A DNA stretch of 41,317 nucleotides from Escherichia phage vB_EcoS_HSE2, in the sequence record MG252615.1, one strand, 5' to 3'. Shown here piece after piece: positions 17,385 through 26,285 of this stretch. Numbering within the stretch: position 1 is the first letter of the stretch; the number at the start of each line of letters is the position of its first letter. The position numbers were made by a program, and so were the translations under genes. The notes under the pieces were generated by a model. It was not told the DNA's origin and made no database searches. It saw nothing but the letters and a program-made list of their open reading frames with translations.

Positions 17385-17584
17385 CCAGCATCTTATTTAT
17401 ATGGGTACTGTCCGCGGGCCAGATGCAACTCGCGGCAGCAGAAACGTTTTACTCGATGGAGGCGTGCCAGTCAGCGGCACGTGCCGCAGAGAACGCGCAC
17501 TTTCTGTTTCAGGGTGATAAGCCCAACGATTCAGAGGTACGCGCTATCTGCTCACTTAAGCGACTTGGTAAACAGGAGAAGTGA
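17381..17584 (+). CDS. Hypothetical small protein with hydrophobic N-terminus (67 aa)
   Basis: ATG at 17381 overlaps upstream stop (ATGA). Confidence 0.35.
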   Translation: MTSILFIWVLSAGQMQLAAAETFYSMEACQSAARAAENAHFLFQGDKPNDSEVRAICSLKRLGKQEK

Positions 17585-17586
17585 TT

Positions 17587-17841
17587 ATGGTACAGAGATA
17601 TAACGCTTCATATAACGACTATTATGAAAACGATGCCGGTGAGTTTGTAAGTTATGAAGACTATGCGAAACTCGAAGCAGATTTTAAGGCGTACAAAGCC
17701 TCTGCTTACATGGTTGCAGAGCAGTATGCGGGGGTGATTAAGGAACTCGAAGCCGAGTTACAGAAATACAAAGACCAGTTCCCGGATTACGTCGAGTGCG
17801 CGAACTGTGGGTCAGTTACACATGTGGAAGAGGTGGAGTGA
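17587..17841 (+). CDS. Small Zn-ribbon protein, paralog A (MVQRY...YEDYAKLEA)
   Basis: AGGAGAA Shine-Dalgarno; shares N-terminal motif and a 15-nt start-region repeat with the next gene. Confidence 0.45.
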   Translation: MVQRYNASYNDYYENDAGEFVSYEDYAKLEADFKAYKASAYMVAEQYAGVIKELEAELQKYKDQFPDYVECANCGSVTHVEEVE

Positions 17842-18044
17842 TGGTACAGAGATATGAAAACGACCACGGCGATATGTTTCAGGCCACGGAAGGTGATTTT
17901 GTCCGCTATGAAGATTACGCAAAACTTGAGGCCGCCGTTATCGCATTACTCGTGGATATAAATCGACGCTACCCGGGTGAAGGATTTAAGTGCCCGTTAA
18001 TACTTAAACTTGCGGAGATTGTGGAACATGAGCCTCGCAACTGA
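17841..18044 (+). CDS. Small protein, paralog B (MVQRY...YEDYAKLEA)
   Basis: Starts with the same ATGGTACAGAGATAT as paralog A. Confidence 0.45.
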   Translation: MVQRYENDHGDMFQATEGDFVRYEDYAKLEAAVIALLVDINRRYPGEGFKCPLILKLAEIVEHEPRN

Positions 18045-18309
18045 CATCCTGAAACGAAGCGGCCTTGCGCCGCTGTCGCCTAAAGTTAAGACGCGAGCGC
18101 GTAACGCAACTTACAATGAACTGGCAGAACGGCGTAAAGCTGTCCGCGCCTGTGGATTCCAGAACGGGAAGGCCGTGAATCTCGGTGAGTTTAAAACACA
18201 GGAACGCGCAGCTATCGCTAATCGGCTATTTAATTACTGGAAATCGCTGGGGTACGATGATATTCCAACGAAACCGCAGAGACGACAATACATCTGGAGA
18301 CATAAATAA
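18028..18309 (+). CDS. Hypothetical basic protein
   Basis: ORF track; start site uncertain (18010 or 18028). Confidence 0.35.
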   Translation: MSLATDILKRSGLAPLSPKVKTRARNATYNELAERRKAVRACGFQNGKAVNLGEFKTQERAAIANRLFNYWKSLGYDDIPTKPQRRQYIWRHK

Positions 18310-18384
18310 ACCGTTATTAAGATAATTCTTACACGTGGTATCCTCCAGTTACCGCATACTTAATACGCACCTGGAGGATTCATC

Positions 18385-18693
18385 TTGGATAAATTTACTG
18401 AAACAGTGACAGGCTGGCTTCTCGCTGCCGCACTCGCCGGTGGGGTAATAGGACTAAGGCAACATAAGTCCGTTATTTCTGGCCCCATCGACGGCTTCTG
18501 CTTTATCGCAACTGGCTTCACCTGCGCCGTGTTTGGCGCACCTCTTGCCGCCCAATGGTTCGGCATTACGGGTGAGCGTGAGATAGCCGGCCTCGGATTT
18601 ATCATCGCTATTCTCTGGATGCCTATCTATTCCCGCCTCTCTGGTATCGTTGCCGGAGAATACATCGCACGCCGAGGGGGTACAGATGAATGA
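18385..18693 (+). CDS. Putative holin (three hydrophobic segments, TTG start)
   Basis: GGAGGA then 6 nt then TTG; three predicted TM-like stretches; just upstream of endolysin. Confidence 0.45.
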   Translation: MDKFTETVTGWLLAAALAGGVIGLRQHKSVISGPIDGFCFIATGFTCAVFGAPLAAQWFGITGEREIAGLGFIIAILWMPIYSRLSGIVAGEYIARRGGTDE

Positions 18694-18958
18694 GTTATTC
18701 TGGTTCGGCGGTATGCTGGCAATCGGAGGCACATCGCTGTTTAATGTGTACCACCCCAGCGTGGACGACGGGCTGTTTGGTCGGGTGCTCTATATCCTGA
18801 CCGCTATCGTCTGCGTCGCCGGATGCATCCACCTGTTACAGGGCAGCATGTCCCCGACGTTGCCTGAGACATTAATCACATTAGTTGCGCTGCGTCAGAT
18901 TCGCCAGGCGTGGCTGTCGTATGGAGGACATAAGCGTGTCTCGAAATATTTCAGATAA
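18686..18958 (+). CDS. Putative holin/antiholin membrane protein (two hydrophobic segments)
   Basis: GAGGGGG Shine-Dalgarno; hydrophobic; overlaps both neighbours. Confidence 0.45.
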   Translation: MNELFWFGGMLAIGGTSLFNVYHPSVDDGLFGRVLYILTAIVCVAGCIHLLQGSMSPTLPETLITLVALRQIRQAWLSYGGHKRVSKYFR

Positions 18959-19421
18959 TGGATTGCATTTTACCGCTGCGTTCGAGGGGTTCCGTGGAAC
19001 CGCGTATCGCGCGACACCGAACGAGAAGTACCTGACTATAGGCTATGGTCACTACGGACCTGACGTAACGCCCGGCAAGACCATCACCCCAGGGCAGGGT
19101 CTCCTGCTACTGAATCGCGATATGGCTAAGGCTGTAGCTGCGGTTGACGCTGCGGCGCACCATTCACTGACACAGGCGCAGTTCGACGCTGTTTGCGACC
19201 TGGTGTATAACGCGGGCGCCGGTGTGATTGCAGCTACCACCGGCACGGGTAAGGCACTGCGTTCTGGTGATACTGCAACACTGCGGGCTAAGCTGGCACT
19301 GTTCATCAACCAGAACGGCAAACCACTACTTGGCCTACGTCGCCGTACAGCCGGGCGGCTGGCATTGTTCAACGGTAAACCGTGGCAAGAGGCGGAGGCT
19401 ATTGGGAGGGCCGTTAAATGA
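18936..19421 (+). CDS. Endolysin, T4-lysozyme-like (glycoside hydrolase family 24)
   Basis: Catalytic region FEGFRG..Y...T.GYGH characteristic of phage lysozymes; GGAGGA before GTG 18936. Confidence 0.8.
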   Translation: MSRNISDNGLHFTAAFEGFRGTAYRATPNEKYLTIGYGHYGPDVTPGKTITPGQGLLLLNRDMAKAVAAVDAAAHHSLTQAQFDAVCDLVYNAGAGVIAATTGTGKALRSGDTATLRAKLALFINQNGKPLLGLRRRTAGRLALFNGKPWQEAEAIGRAVK

Positions 19422-19498
19422 CAGAGTTTGACTTCATTTTCCTGGCTATTGGAGCTGGTGCGATTTGGGGTGTGATTGACGCTCTCCGTAAAGGTTGA
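19418..19498 (+). CDS. Tiny hydrophobic peptide (26 aa) overlapping endolysin stop
   Basis: Verified by hand: MTEFDFIFLAIGAGAIWGVIDALRKG; ATGA overlap. Confidence 0.3.
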   Translation: MTEFDFIFLAIGAGAIWGVIDALRKG

Positions 19499-19562
19499 CA
19501 CCTAAGACTAATCCGACGATACTTAAATCACCTCCTGTTCCATCCCTCTGCTCTCCAGTTTT

Positions 19563-19594
19563 ATCCCGGCCCTGACCCAGCCGGGATTTTTTTT
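19563..19594 (+). terminator. Rho-independent terminator after the lysis genes
   Basis: Stem ATCCCGGC/GCCGGGAT followed by an 8-T run. Confidence 0.75.
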
Positions 19595-19616
19595 ATCTAT
19601 TTTCTGTAATGACTAG

Positions 19617-19645
19617 TTGACTATTACCTACGACCCTACTATATT
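19617..19645 (+). promoter_or_regulatory. Sigma70-type promoter for the small-gene chain
   Basis: TTGACT, 17 nt, TATATT. Confidence 0.55.
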
Positions 19646-19678
19646 TACTTCATAGACAACGAGAACGGAGTAGAGAAG

Positions 19679-19828
19679 ATGAAAATCACAGATATCGAAG
19701 CATTCAAAGACGCACAACTGATGGCTCGCATCGCCGTTAGTAACCTGAGCAACAGTATTCCAGCGGACGCGTTCTGGTTCGCTGCGATGCAGACACTAAA
19801 AGCAGCTTATGCAGGAGAGAAGAAATGA
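19679..19828 (+). CDS. Hypothetical small protein (49 aa)
   Basis: Codon-by-codon check; ATGA coupling to next ORF. Confidence 0.4.
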   Translation: MKITDIEAFKDAQLMARIAVSNLSNSIPADAFWFAAMQTLKAAYAGEKK

Positions 19829-19977
19829 CAGTCTATGTCGTAGAAGGGCGTAACGAATATGAAGACCCCGAGGTATTGGGTGTGTTCGGTGCCGAGAAAT
19901 CGGCGAAGCACTTTGTTGACATGGAACAGGGCACTTACGACTTTTTCTCAGTTACAGAATGGGAGGTACAACAATGA
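19825..19977 (+). CDS. Hypothetical small protein (50 aa)
   Basis: Codon-by-codon check; ATGA coupling. Confidence 0.4.
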   Translation: MTVYVVEGRNEYEDPEVLGVFGAEKSAKHFVDMEQGTYDFFSVTEWEVQQ

Positions 19978-20132
19978 GTGAACACGGTGAAGTAAGTCAA
20001 CCATTACGAGTAGGGCGTAAAGTCAGTCACACCCCGTTCCCGACACGCGAGGAACTGATGAAACGTAACAGTTTCCCCGGGCCGGACAAGAACAAGTATC
20101 TCAATCGCATGTGGGGAGAGCGTAAAGAATGA
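19974..20132 (+). CDS. Hypothetical small protein (52 aa)
   Basis: ATGA coupling. Confidence 0.4.
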   Translation: MSEHGEVSQPLRVGRKVSHTPFPTREELMKRNSFPGPDKNKYLNRMWGERKE

Positions 20133-20302
20133 CTAACAACGAATATGAGAAAGCATGCGTCGAATCCGCGACCGGTGAATCTGAAATAGCGTGGATTGAC
20201 GCCAACATCGAGCACTACCTACGGCAAGTAGACATCCTTATGGAACGACGCCGTGAACTGATTAACCGCATCAACCTGAACAAAGGTGATACTAATGCCT
20301 AA
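20129..20302 (+). CDS. Hypothetical small protein (57 aa)
   Basis: ATGA coupling. Confidence 0.4.
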   Translation: MTNNEYEKACVESATGESEIAWIDANIEHYLRQVDILMERRRELINRINLNKGDTNA

Positions 20303-20534
20303 AATCACAATCGCGTCACTCGAGCGCCGTATTATGGTGCTTGAGTCAGAGAAACAGACGTTAGGCGGGCAACTGTCAATTAACGGTGAGTTTCAACTGG
20401 AGGCGTTTAAGTTGTTGCTTGAGCGCATGAAAGCGGACGAAAAGCCTTGCGTACATGACTACTACCTACATGTGGTTGGTGGACTACGTAGAGCAACGTG
20501 CATTAAGTGCGGTGAAACGTATGGGGTCGCCTGA
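20295..20534 (+). CDS. Hypothetical coiled-coil protein with CxxC...C.KC zinc ribbon (79 aa)
   Basis: ORF track; overlapping start. Confidence 0.4.
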   Translation: MPKITIASLERRIMVLESEKQTLGGQLSINGEFQLEAFKLLLERMKADEKPCVHDYYLHVVGGLRRATCIKCGETYGVA

Positions 20535-20703
20535 GCCAGTAGTTATCGATGGCGTCCTGTGGAAACCTTACTCGGTTAACCACATCGACGCCGACGGGAA
20601 GAAGTTCAGCTTCTACATTTTTGCAATTAGCCGTGAGCACGCCGCCTGTGTGGTAGATGATATACGAGAAACGGCGTGGCTTGGTGATGAGATAGTGGGG
20701 TGA
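20521..20703 (+). CDS. Hypothetical small protein (60 aa)
   Basis: ORF track; start chosen at internal ATG. Confidence 0.35.
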   Translation: MGSPEPVVIDGVLWKPYSVNHIDADGKKFSFYIFAISREHAACVVDDIRETAWLGDEIVG

Positions 20704-20705
20704 GT

Positions 20706-20876
20706 ATGTTCAGTGACATTAACGCAGCAATCGAAGAAGCAATCTGGCGTCGCTACAACGGCGAGCAGCAACGGCACTTTTGCCTTGTGCAACGTGGGAA
20801 CATGATTGCCGTAGTGCAGGACCGCGATAACAAATATCCGAATGCGATGTGGACAACGAGGAATTTCTTAGGATGA
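20706..20876 (+). CDS. Hypothetical small protein (56 aa)
   Basis: Hand-translated; ATGA coupling to next. Confidence 0.35.
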   Translation: MFSDINAAIEEAIWRRYNGEQQRHFCLVQRGNMIAVVQDRDNKYPNAMWTTRNFLG

Positions 20877-21109
20877 TTACCAGCATTCCGAACCTGATTA
20901 AAGAATTTGGCACGATGGCGGAGACATGCCGACAAACCGGCATCAACGAAATGACGATTGCGAAGTACAGCAAAGACGTTGACTGCGAGCGCCACGTAAT
21001 TTATAACAACCGTCTTATGACGCACGTTAAGACAAGCCCGGTGTTATTCACGCGCCGGGGCATCACTAAAACTGAGCAACGTATTGCTAAAGAGGAGAGT
21101 GGGGAATGA
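20873..21109 (+). CDS. Hypothetical protein with HTH-like segment (78 aa)
   Basis: AETCRQTGINEMTIAKYSKD resembles a helix-turn-helix. Confidence 0.4.
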   Translation: MITSIPNLIKEFGTMAETCRQTGINEMTIAKYSKDVDCERHVIYNNRLMTHVKTSPVLFTRRGITKTEQRIAKEESGE

Positions 21110-21255
21110 TTGAATTTGATGATGTTTTATTTGAGGAATACCGCGGAACGGTGTTTTTGACTGTGATGTACGGTGTTTACTCAAAGTCCTTTAACGGGTT
21201 TTCGAAAGCAGATTGCATAAATCAATTACTGCAATGGGTGGTAAGCCGAAAATAG
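21106..21255 (+). CDS. Hypothetical small protein (49 aa)
   Basis: Hand-translated; ATGA coupling; followed by terminator. Confidence 0.35.
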   Translation: MIEFDDVLFEEYRGTVFLTVMYGVYSKSFNGFSKADCINQLLQWVVSRK

Positions 21256-21264
21256 CCACACCAC

Positions 21265-21287
21265 AAGCCCTCTACGGAGGGCTTTTC
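21265..21287 (+). terminator. Rho-independent terminator
   Basis: Stem AAGCCCTC/GAGGGCTT, loop TACG, then TTTT. Confidence 0.65.
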
Positions 21288-21382
21288 TGTACATCCCGCC
21301 CAATTCCCTTATATAATCCCTTTAGACGCGTAGGGCGCGTCTGGTGCGCTCTGATGGTCAGACGCATATGCAAGGGGATTCT

Positions 21383-21928
21383 ATGAAGCTGAAACTTAAG
21401 CAGCCATCGCCAGAGGTGGTGCAAGCTGCACATGAAGAAGCTGTTAGCGCAAACCGTCGCCGTAAACGACCGCGCGGCAAACAGAGTCTTTATCAATCAT
21501 CCCGTAATTCCGCCGCGTTGTGGGACCCGGGCTATTGCGATGCATTAATCAAGTTCTTCGACCGCACGTCATGGGAACTTGTGCCTACATCTAAGGGTGA
21601 CGAACGTCCGCTGATTCAGGATAAACCGCCGTCACTGGCCCGCTTCGCCTTGCACATCGGCGTCACTATCCCGATTATTAAGCTGTGGCTGCGTGAGATT
21701 CCCGCATTTGCCGAAGCCTATGAAACAGCGCAGGCACTTGAAGAGGCATACTTCACCGAGACAGGCGCGGCGGGTATCTCTGCTACGTTTGCCGCAGCTA
21801 AGCTAGGCCTTAGCAAAGAGAAACCAGTTGAATCCACCGAAGAAACAGCACCGACTGAGATTGTTTTCAGTGTTGCAGAGCCTGTAGGTAAAATCGTAAC
21901 AACGAATATGGGCGAGGTAGAGGAATGA
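21383..21928 (+). CDS. Putative terminase small subunit
   Basis: Immediately upstream of, and overlapping, the large terminase; AAGGGGA Shine-Dalgarno; basic N-terminal region. Confidence 0.5.
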   Translation: MKLKLKQPSPEVVQAAHEEAVSANRRRKRPRGKQSLYQSSRNSAALWDPGYCDALIKFFDRTSWELVPTSKGDERPLIQDKPPSLARFALHIGVTIPIIKLWLREIPAFAEAYETAQALEEAYFTETGAAGISATFAAAKLGLSKEKPVESTEETAPTEIVFSVAEPVGKIVTTNMGEVEE

Positions 21929-23175
21929 GTATTCAGCTATCGGCCCCGCAGGCATTGTTCCTGAATTGTGATAACAAGTACAAGGCCTACGTCGGCGGCT
22001 TCGGAAGTGGCAAGACATTTGTTGGCTGCCTTGACCTGCTTACGTTTATGCTCAAGCACCCAAGTACGCGCCTGGGCTACTTCGGCCCGACCTATCCCGC
22101 CATCCGTGACATCTTCTACCCAACATTCGAGGAAGCGGCTAACCTGCTCGGCCTTGATGTGCTGGTTAAATCCGGCGACAAAGAGGTTGTGGTTACGCGC
22201 GGTAAGACTGTGCTCGGGACCGTTATCTGCCGTTCGATGGATAACCCGGGGTCTATCGTTGGTTTCAAAATCGCTGCGGCAGTCGTCGATGAGCTGGACG
22301 TATTGAGCCGTGAAAAAGCTGAACTGGCGTGGAACAAAATTGTGGCCCGTATGCGTCTGGTTATCCCCGGCGTAACTAACCACATCTCTGTCACCACGAC
22401 ACCGGAAGGGTTCAAGTTCGTCTATGCCAAGTTCAAAGAGAACCCGACGCCGAGTTACTCGATGGTGCAGGCTTCTACACACGAGAACGCGCGATTCCTG
22501 CCGCCTGACTACATTAGCTCACTGACCGAGACTTACCCCGCGCAACTGATTAACGCGTACCTGAACGGTGAGTTCGTTAACCTGACATCCGGCAGCGTGT
22601 ATTATGCGTATGACCGTCGCAAGCACCGCAGCAAAGAGACAATTCAACCGGGCGATACACTGTACATCGGGCAGGACTTCAACGTTACGAAGAACGCCAG
22701 CGCCGTGTATGTGCAACGTAAAGACGGCTGGCACGCGGTGGCAGAACTGAAAGGCCTGTTCGATACGCCGGACACCGTGCGCGTAATTACAGAGAAGTGG
22801 AAGTCACAAGGCCACCGCATCGTCGTTTACCCGGATGCCAGCGGCAAGAACCGCAAGACTAACTCGGCGTCAATCTCTGATATTGCGTTACTACAGCAGG
22901 CAGGGTTTGATGTTCGCGCTAAATCTGCCAACCCCCCGGTTAAAGACCGTGTTTTAGCGGTGAATACCGCGCTGGAAAAAGGTAAGCTGTGGATTAACGA
23001 CCACTTATGCCCTGAGATAGCGAAGACGCTGGAACAGCAGGCATACGACGATAACGGAGAGCCAGCTAAAGACGGCGTCATTGACCATATGGCGGATGCT
23101 CTCGGCTATCCTGTAGTTTACGAGATGCCGGTGGTTAAACCAGTAATCAACATCCCGGTGACTTTCGCACTTTAA
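21925..23175 (+). CDS. terL: Terminase large subunit
   Basis: Walker A GGFGSGKT, Walker B VVDELD, C-terminal nuclease-like acidic residues. Confidence 0.85.
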   Translation: MSIQLSAPQALFLNCDNKYKAYVGGFGSGKTFVGCLDLLTFMLKHPSTRLGYFGPTYPAIRDIFYPTFEEAANLLGLDVLVKSGDKEVVVTRGKTVLGTVICRSMDNPGSIVGFKIAAAVVDELDVLSREKAELAWNKIVARMRLVIPGVTNHISVTTTPEGFKFVYAKFKENPTPSYSMVQASTHENARFLPPDYISSLTETYPAQLINAYLNGEFVNLTSGSVYYAYDRRKHRSKETIQPGDTLYIGQDFNVTKNASAVYVQRKDGWHAVAELKGLFDTPDTVRVITEKWKSQGHRIVVYPDASGKNRKTNSASISDIALLQQAGFDVRAKSANPPVKDRVLAVNTALEKGKLWINDHLCPEIAKTLEQQAYDDNGEPAKDGVIDHMADALGYPVVYEMPVVKPVINIPVTFAL

Positions 23176-23186
23176 GAGGACAACAA

Positions 23187-24680
23187 ATGGTTTCCGCAAA
23201 CATTAACGCAGGGCAAGGGCAGAACGTTAAAACCCGCCACCGCCAGTACGAAGAGTATTTCCCTAAGTGGCAGAAGGTGCGACATGCGCTTTCTGGCGAC
23301 CTGACATCGTATCTACGTGACGTCGGTAAGAATGAGCCGGACCCGGTTTACGGTCGCCAGCGTCAGGCTGAATACGAAGCGGGGGCAATTTGCTACAACT
23401 TCACCAAGCGAACGCTTTCAGGCATGGTCGGCAGCGTAATGCGCAAAGACCCCGAGATGATTATTCCGTCTCAGATGGAATACCTGACCACTAACTGTGA
23501 CGGGTCGGGCGTTGGCCTGTGGCAGCACGCACAGGATACTCTGTATGAGATTGATGCTGTTGGTCGCGGTGGTTTGCTGGTTGACGCCCCCGCGGTAGAA
23601 GTAGCTACCATGGCAGAGCAAAACGAGGGTTTACTAAACCCAACAATCGCTTTCTACACCGCAGAGAACATCATCAACTGGCGTCTCCAGCGCGTCGGGT
23701 CTGTTAATCGTGTGGTTATGGTTGTATTGCGTGAGGAATACGAGTACACCGATGGCGCGGATGAGTTCAGCCCCAACTACGGCGAGCAATACCGAGTCCT
23801 TGATATTTTCGAAGGCCAGTATCGCCAGCGTCTGTACCGCTTTAACCAGAAAGGTGCACTGATGGAAGGTGGCTATATCGAAATATTCCCGAAACTCGGT
23901 AATATTCCGGTCGGGGTGATTCCGTTCACATTCATTGGTGCAGGGAATAACGACTCAACCCCTGACGATGCACCTTTGCTGCCGTTGGCTGAACTAAACA
24001 TAGGACATTTCCGCAACAGCGCAGACAATGAGGAGTCCAGTTTCGTTGTAGGTCAGCCAACTCTGTTCATCGCCCCGGGTGAGAACATGAGCATGGAACA
24101 GTGGAAAGAAGCCAACCCACACGGCGTGCGCATGGGGTCGCGTTCAGGCCATAACATTGGTTACGGCGGCAATGCGTTTCTGGTCCAGGCCGGTGAGAAC
24201 AACCTAGCCAAGCAGAACATGTTGGATAAAGAGAACCAGGCAATCCAGATTGGTGCACAGCTTATTACCCCGACGCAGCAAATCACCGCGGAATCGGCAC
24301 GCCTGCAACGTGGTGCCGACACGTCCGTTATGGCGACAATTGCACGTAACGTAAGCATGGCGTATACCGATGCGCTGAAGTGGGTTGCTGGTATGCTTGG
24401 GCTTAGTGACGGCACTGAAATTGAGTTCAAACTGAACATGGAGTTCTTCCTGCAACCAATGACCGCCCAGGACCGCGCTCAGTGGATGGCGGACATTAAC
24501 GCCGGCTTGCTACCCGCCACCGCTTATTATGCTGCGTTGCGTAAGGCCGGTGTAACTGACTGGACCGACGAGGATATTCAGAACGCTATCGAAGACGCGC
24601 CGCTGCCGTTAGGTGCAAATACTCAGGTAGCGGGGGAGATTCCGCCGTCGGCGCAGCAACAAGATACCATTCAGCGGTAA
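23187..24680 (+). CDS. Portal protein
   Basis: About 497 aa directly after terL; conserved gene order. Confidence 0.7.
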   Translation: MVSANINAGQGQNVKTRHRQYEEYFPKWQKVRHALSGDLTSYLRDVGKNEPDPVYGRQRQAEYEAGAICYNFTKRTLSGMVGSVMRKDPEMIIPSQMEYLTTNCDGSGVGLWQHAQDTLYEIDAVGRGGLLVDAPAVEVATMAEQNEGLLNPTIAFYTAENIINWRLQRVGSVNRVVMVVLREEYEYTDGADEFSPNYGEQYRVLDIFEGQYRQRLYRFNQKGALMEGGYIEIFPKLGNIPVGVIPFTFIGAGNNDSTPDDAPLLPLAELNIGHFRNSADNEESSFVVGQPTLFIAPGENMSMEQWKEANPHGVRMGSRSGHNIGYGGNAFLVQAGENNLAKQNMLDKENQAIQIGAQLITPTQQITAESARLQRGADTSVMATIARNVSMAYTDALKWVAGMLGLSDGTEIEFKLNMEFFLQPMTAQDRAQWMADINAGLLPATAYYAALRKAGVTDWTDEDIQNAIEDAPLPLGANTQVAGEIPPSAQQQDTIQR

Positions 24681-24688
24681 GTTCACAT

Positions 24689-24712
24689 ATAGCCCCGAAA
24701 GGGGCTTTCTTA
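24689..24712 (+). terminator. Hairpin terminator/attenuator after portal
   Basis: Stem AGCCCC/GGGGCT with GAAA loop, then TTCTT. Confidence 0.5.
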
Positions 24713-24716
24713 TAGT

Positions 24717-25793
24717 ATGCTATTAACTTTAGCGCCACAGGGTTTATCTATGAGCTTACTTACATCCCTAATCAGCCACCAGATTTGGCTGCAACGCACC
24801 GCATCCGGCGAAGTGAAAGACCTCGCACCGTTCGTCCAGGAGATGCGGGACGAAATAAAACGGCAGGTGCTGTTATTTGGCGACGACGGGCGAAGCACCG
24901 CGCGACTGAATAAACTGTTACGCGACCTCGAAGAAGCACTGGCAGGACTTACCGGTGACTGGCAAACAAAACTGACAGAAGACCTTAAGGAACTGGTGGC
25001 ATATGAGGCTGAGTGGAACGTAAAGACGCTGACGGCTAACGTTAACGCGGAATTTGTTACGCCTACCGCAGAACAGGTGTGGGCCGCTGCCGAGTTTCAA
25101 CCCTTATCGTTAAGCGACAAACCTGTCGACTTCACCAAGCTGATGTCTGGCTGGGGTGAAACCGAAGTCGCGCGCCTTGTAACCGGCGTTAAGATGGGCT
25201 TCGTACAAGGCCAAACCACACGGCAGATTGTTAAGAATGTCGTAGGCGCTGGTGGGCTGGCGGACATTTCAGAACGCAACGCGGCTACAGTAATCCGCAC
25301 TGCGCTGTCCCACGTATCCAACGAAGCCCGCAACGAGACGTACCGCCAGAACGACGACATCATCGAGAAATACGAATGGGTGTCAACTCTGGACAGCCGT
25401 ACAAGCACGATTTGCAGAGCCAGGGACGGGATGACGTGGGAAATTGGTAAAGGGCCAATGCCCCCCGCCCATCCGAATTGTCGAAGTACCACTGCACCAG
25501 TAATCAGTTCCGAGTTCGACTTCCTCGATAAAGGCGCAAAACGCGCGGCTAAGGGCGCAGAAGGCGGTACTCAGGTAAGCGCAGACACCACTTACTACGA
25601 GTTCCTGAAACAACAACCAGCATGGTTTCAGGATGAAGCACTCGGCCCTGTTCGCGGTAAGATTTTCCGTAACAGCGGTATATCGCCGGAAGAGTTTCGC
25701 GTAATATCTGTAGATGGTTTCGGGAATCCACTGACACTTAAGCAGATGGCGGAACTCGATAAACGTGTTGCTGAATATCTGAAAGGGGATTAA
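24717..25793 (+). CDS. Head morphogenesis protein (Mu F / SPP1 gp7-like)
   Basis: Conserved DSRTS..C...HPNCR segment typical of this family; start may be the internal ATG at 24750. Confidence 0.65.
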   Translation: MLLTLAPQGLSMSLLTSLISHQIWLQRTASGEVKDLAPFVQEMRDEIKRQVLLFGDDGRSTARLNKLLRDLEEALAGLTGDWQTKLTEDLKELVAYEAEWNVKTLTANVNAEFVTPTAEQVWAAAEFQPLSLSDKPVDFTKLMSGWGETEVARLVTGVKMGFVQGQTTRQIVKNVVGAGGLADISERNAATVIRTALSHVSNEARNETYRQNDDIIEKYEWVSTLDSRTSTICRARDGMTWEIGKGPMPPAHPNCRSTTAPVISSEFDFLDKGAKRAAKGAEGGTQVSADTTYYEFLKQQPAWFQDEALGPVRGKIFRNSGISPEEFRVISVDGFGNPLTLKQMAELDKRVAEYLKGD

Positions 25794-26254
25794 TGATGGG
25801 CTTTTTCAAAGTAACTGATGTACCGTCACGCCGCGTAGTCCAGTACGCCCGCGTGTCTGGTTCTGGCGAGAACGTGGTGTTTATTGAAGATGAAAGTGTA
25901 CTGGGATCACCTGTAGACGATATGCCGTTTGCAGACAAGACCGGTATCGCGCTACCAGCGGCGGGTATGCTTTATGAGATTCCGTATCTGGCGGACGCTG
26001 GCGACGTGTATTTCTCTGTGCAGCCGCAGGGCGCTGAACTGGCGGACGGCAGCGCAACCATCACTGTAGACGTTAAGGCTGGCAAAGCACCATATGCGTT
26101 GACCTGGTACAAAGACGGGAAGGAAGTGGTAAACGCCCCGGAAGAGGCTCTGTCTCTGACGGTTAACGCGGTGGGTGAATACTTCGTTAAAGTCACCGAT
26201 GCCGATGGGGTAGAGGCCGTCAGTAAAGCGGCGAAGGTTACTAAGCCGGAATGA
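25793..26254 (+). CDS. Structural protein with C-terminal Ig-like domain
   Basis: C-terminal YALTWYKDGKEV...EYFVKVTDADG resembles bacterial Ig-like folds. Confidence 0.45.
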   Translation: MMGFFKVTDVPSRRVVQYARVSGSGENVVFIEDESVLGSPVDDMPFADKTGIALPAAGMLYEIPYLADAGDVYFSVQPQGAELADGSATITVDVKAGKAPYALTWYKDGKEVVNAPEEALSLTVNAVGEYFVKVTDADGVEAVSKAAKVTKPE

Positions 26255-26255
26255 T

Positions 26256-26285
26256 AAAAAGCCCCGCTATGGGGCTTTATTTTTA
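26256..26285. terminator. Bidirectional intrinsic terminator
   Basis: Stem AAAAGCCCC/GGGGCTTTT, loop GCTAT, A-run before and T-run after. Confidence 0.7.
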
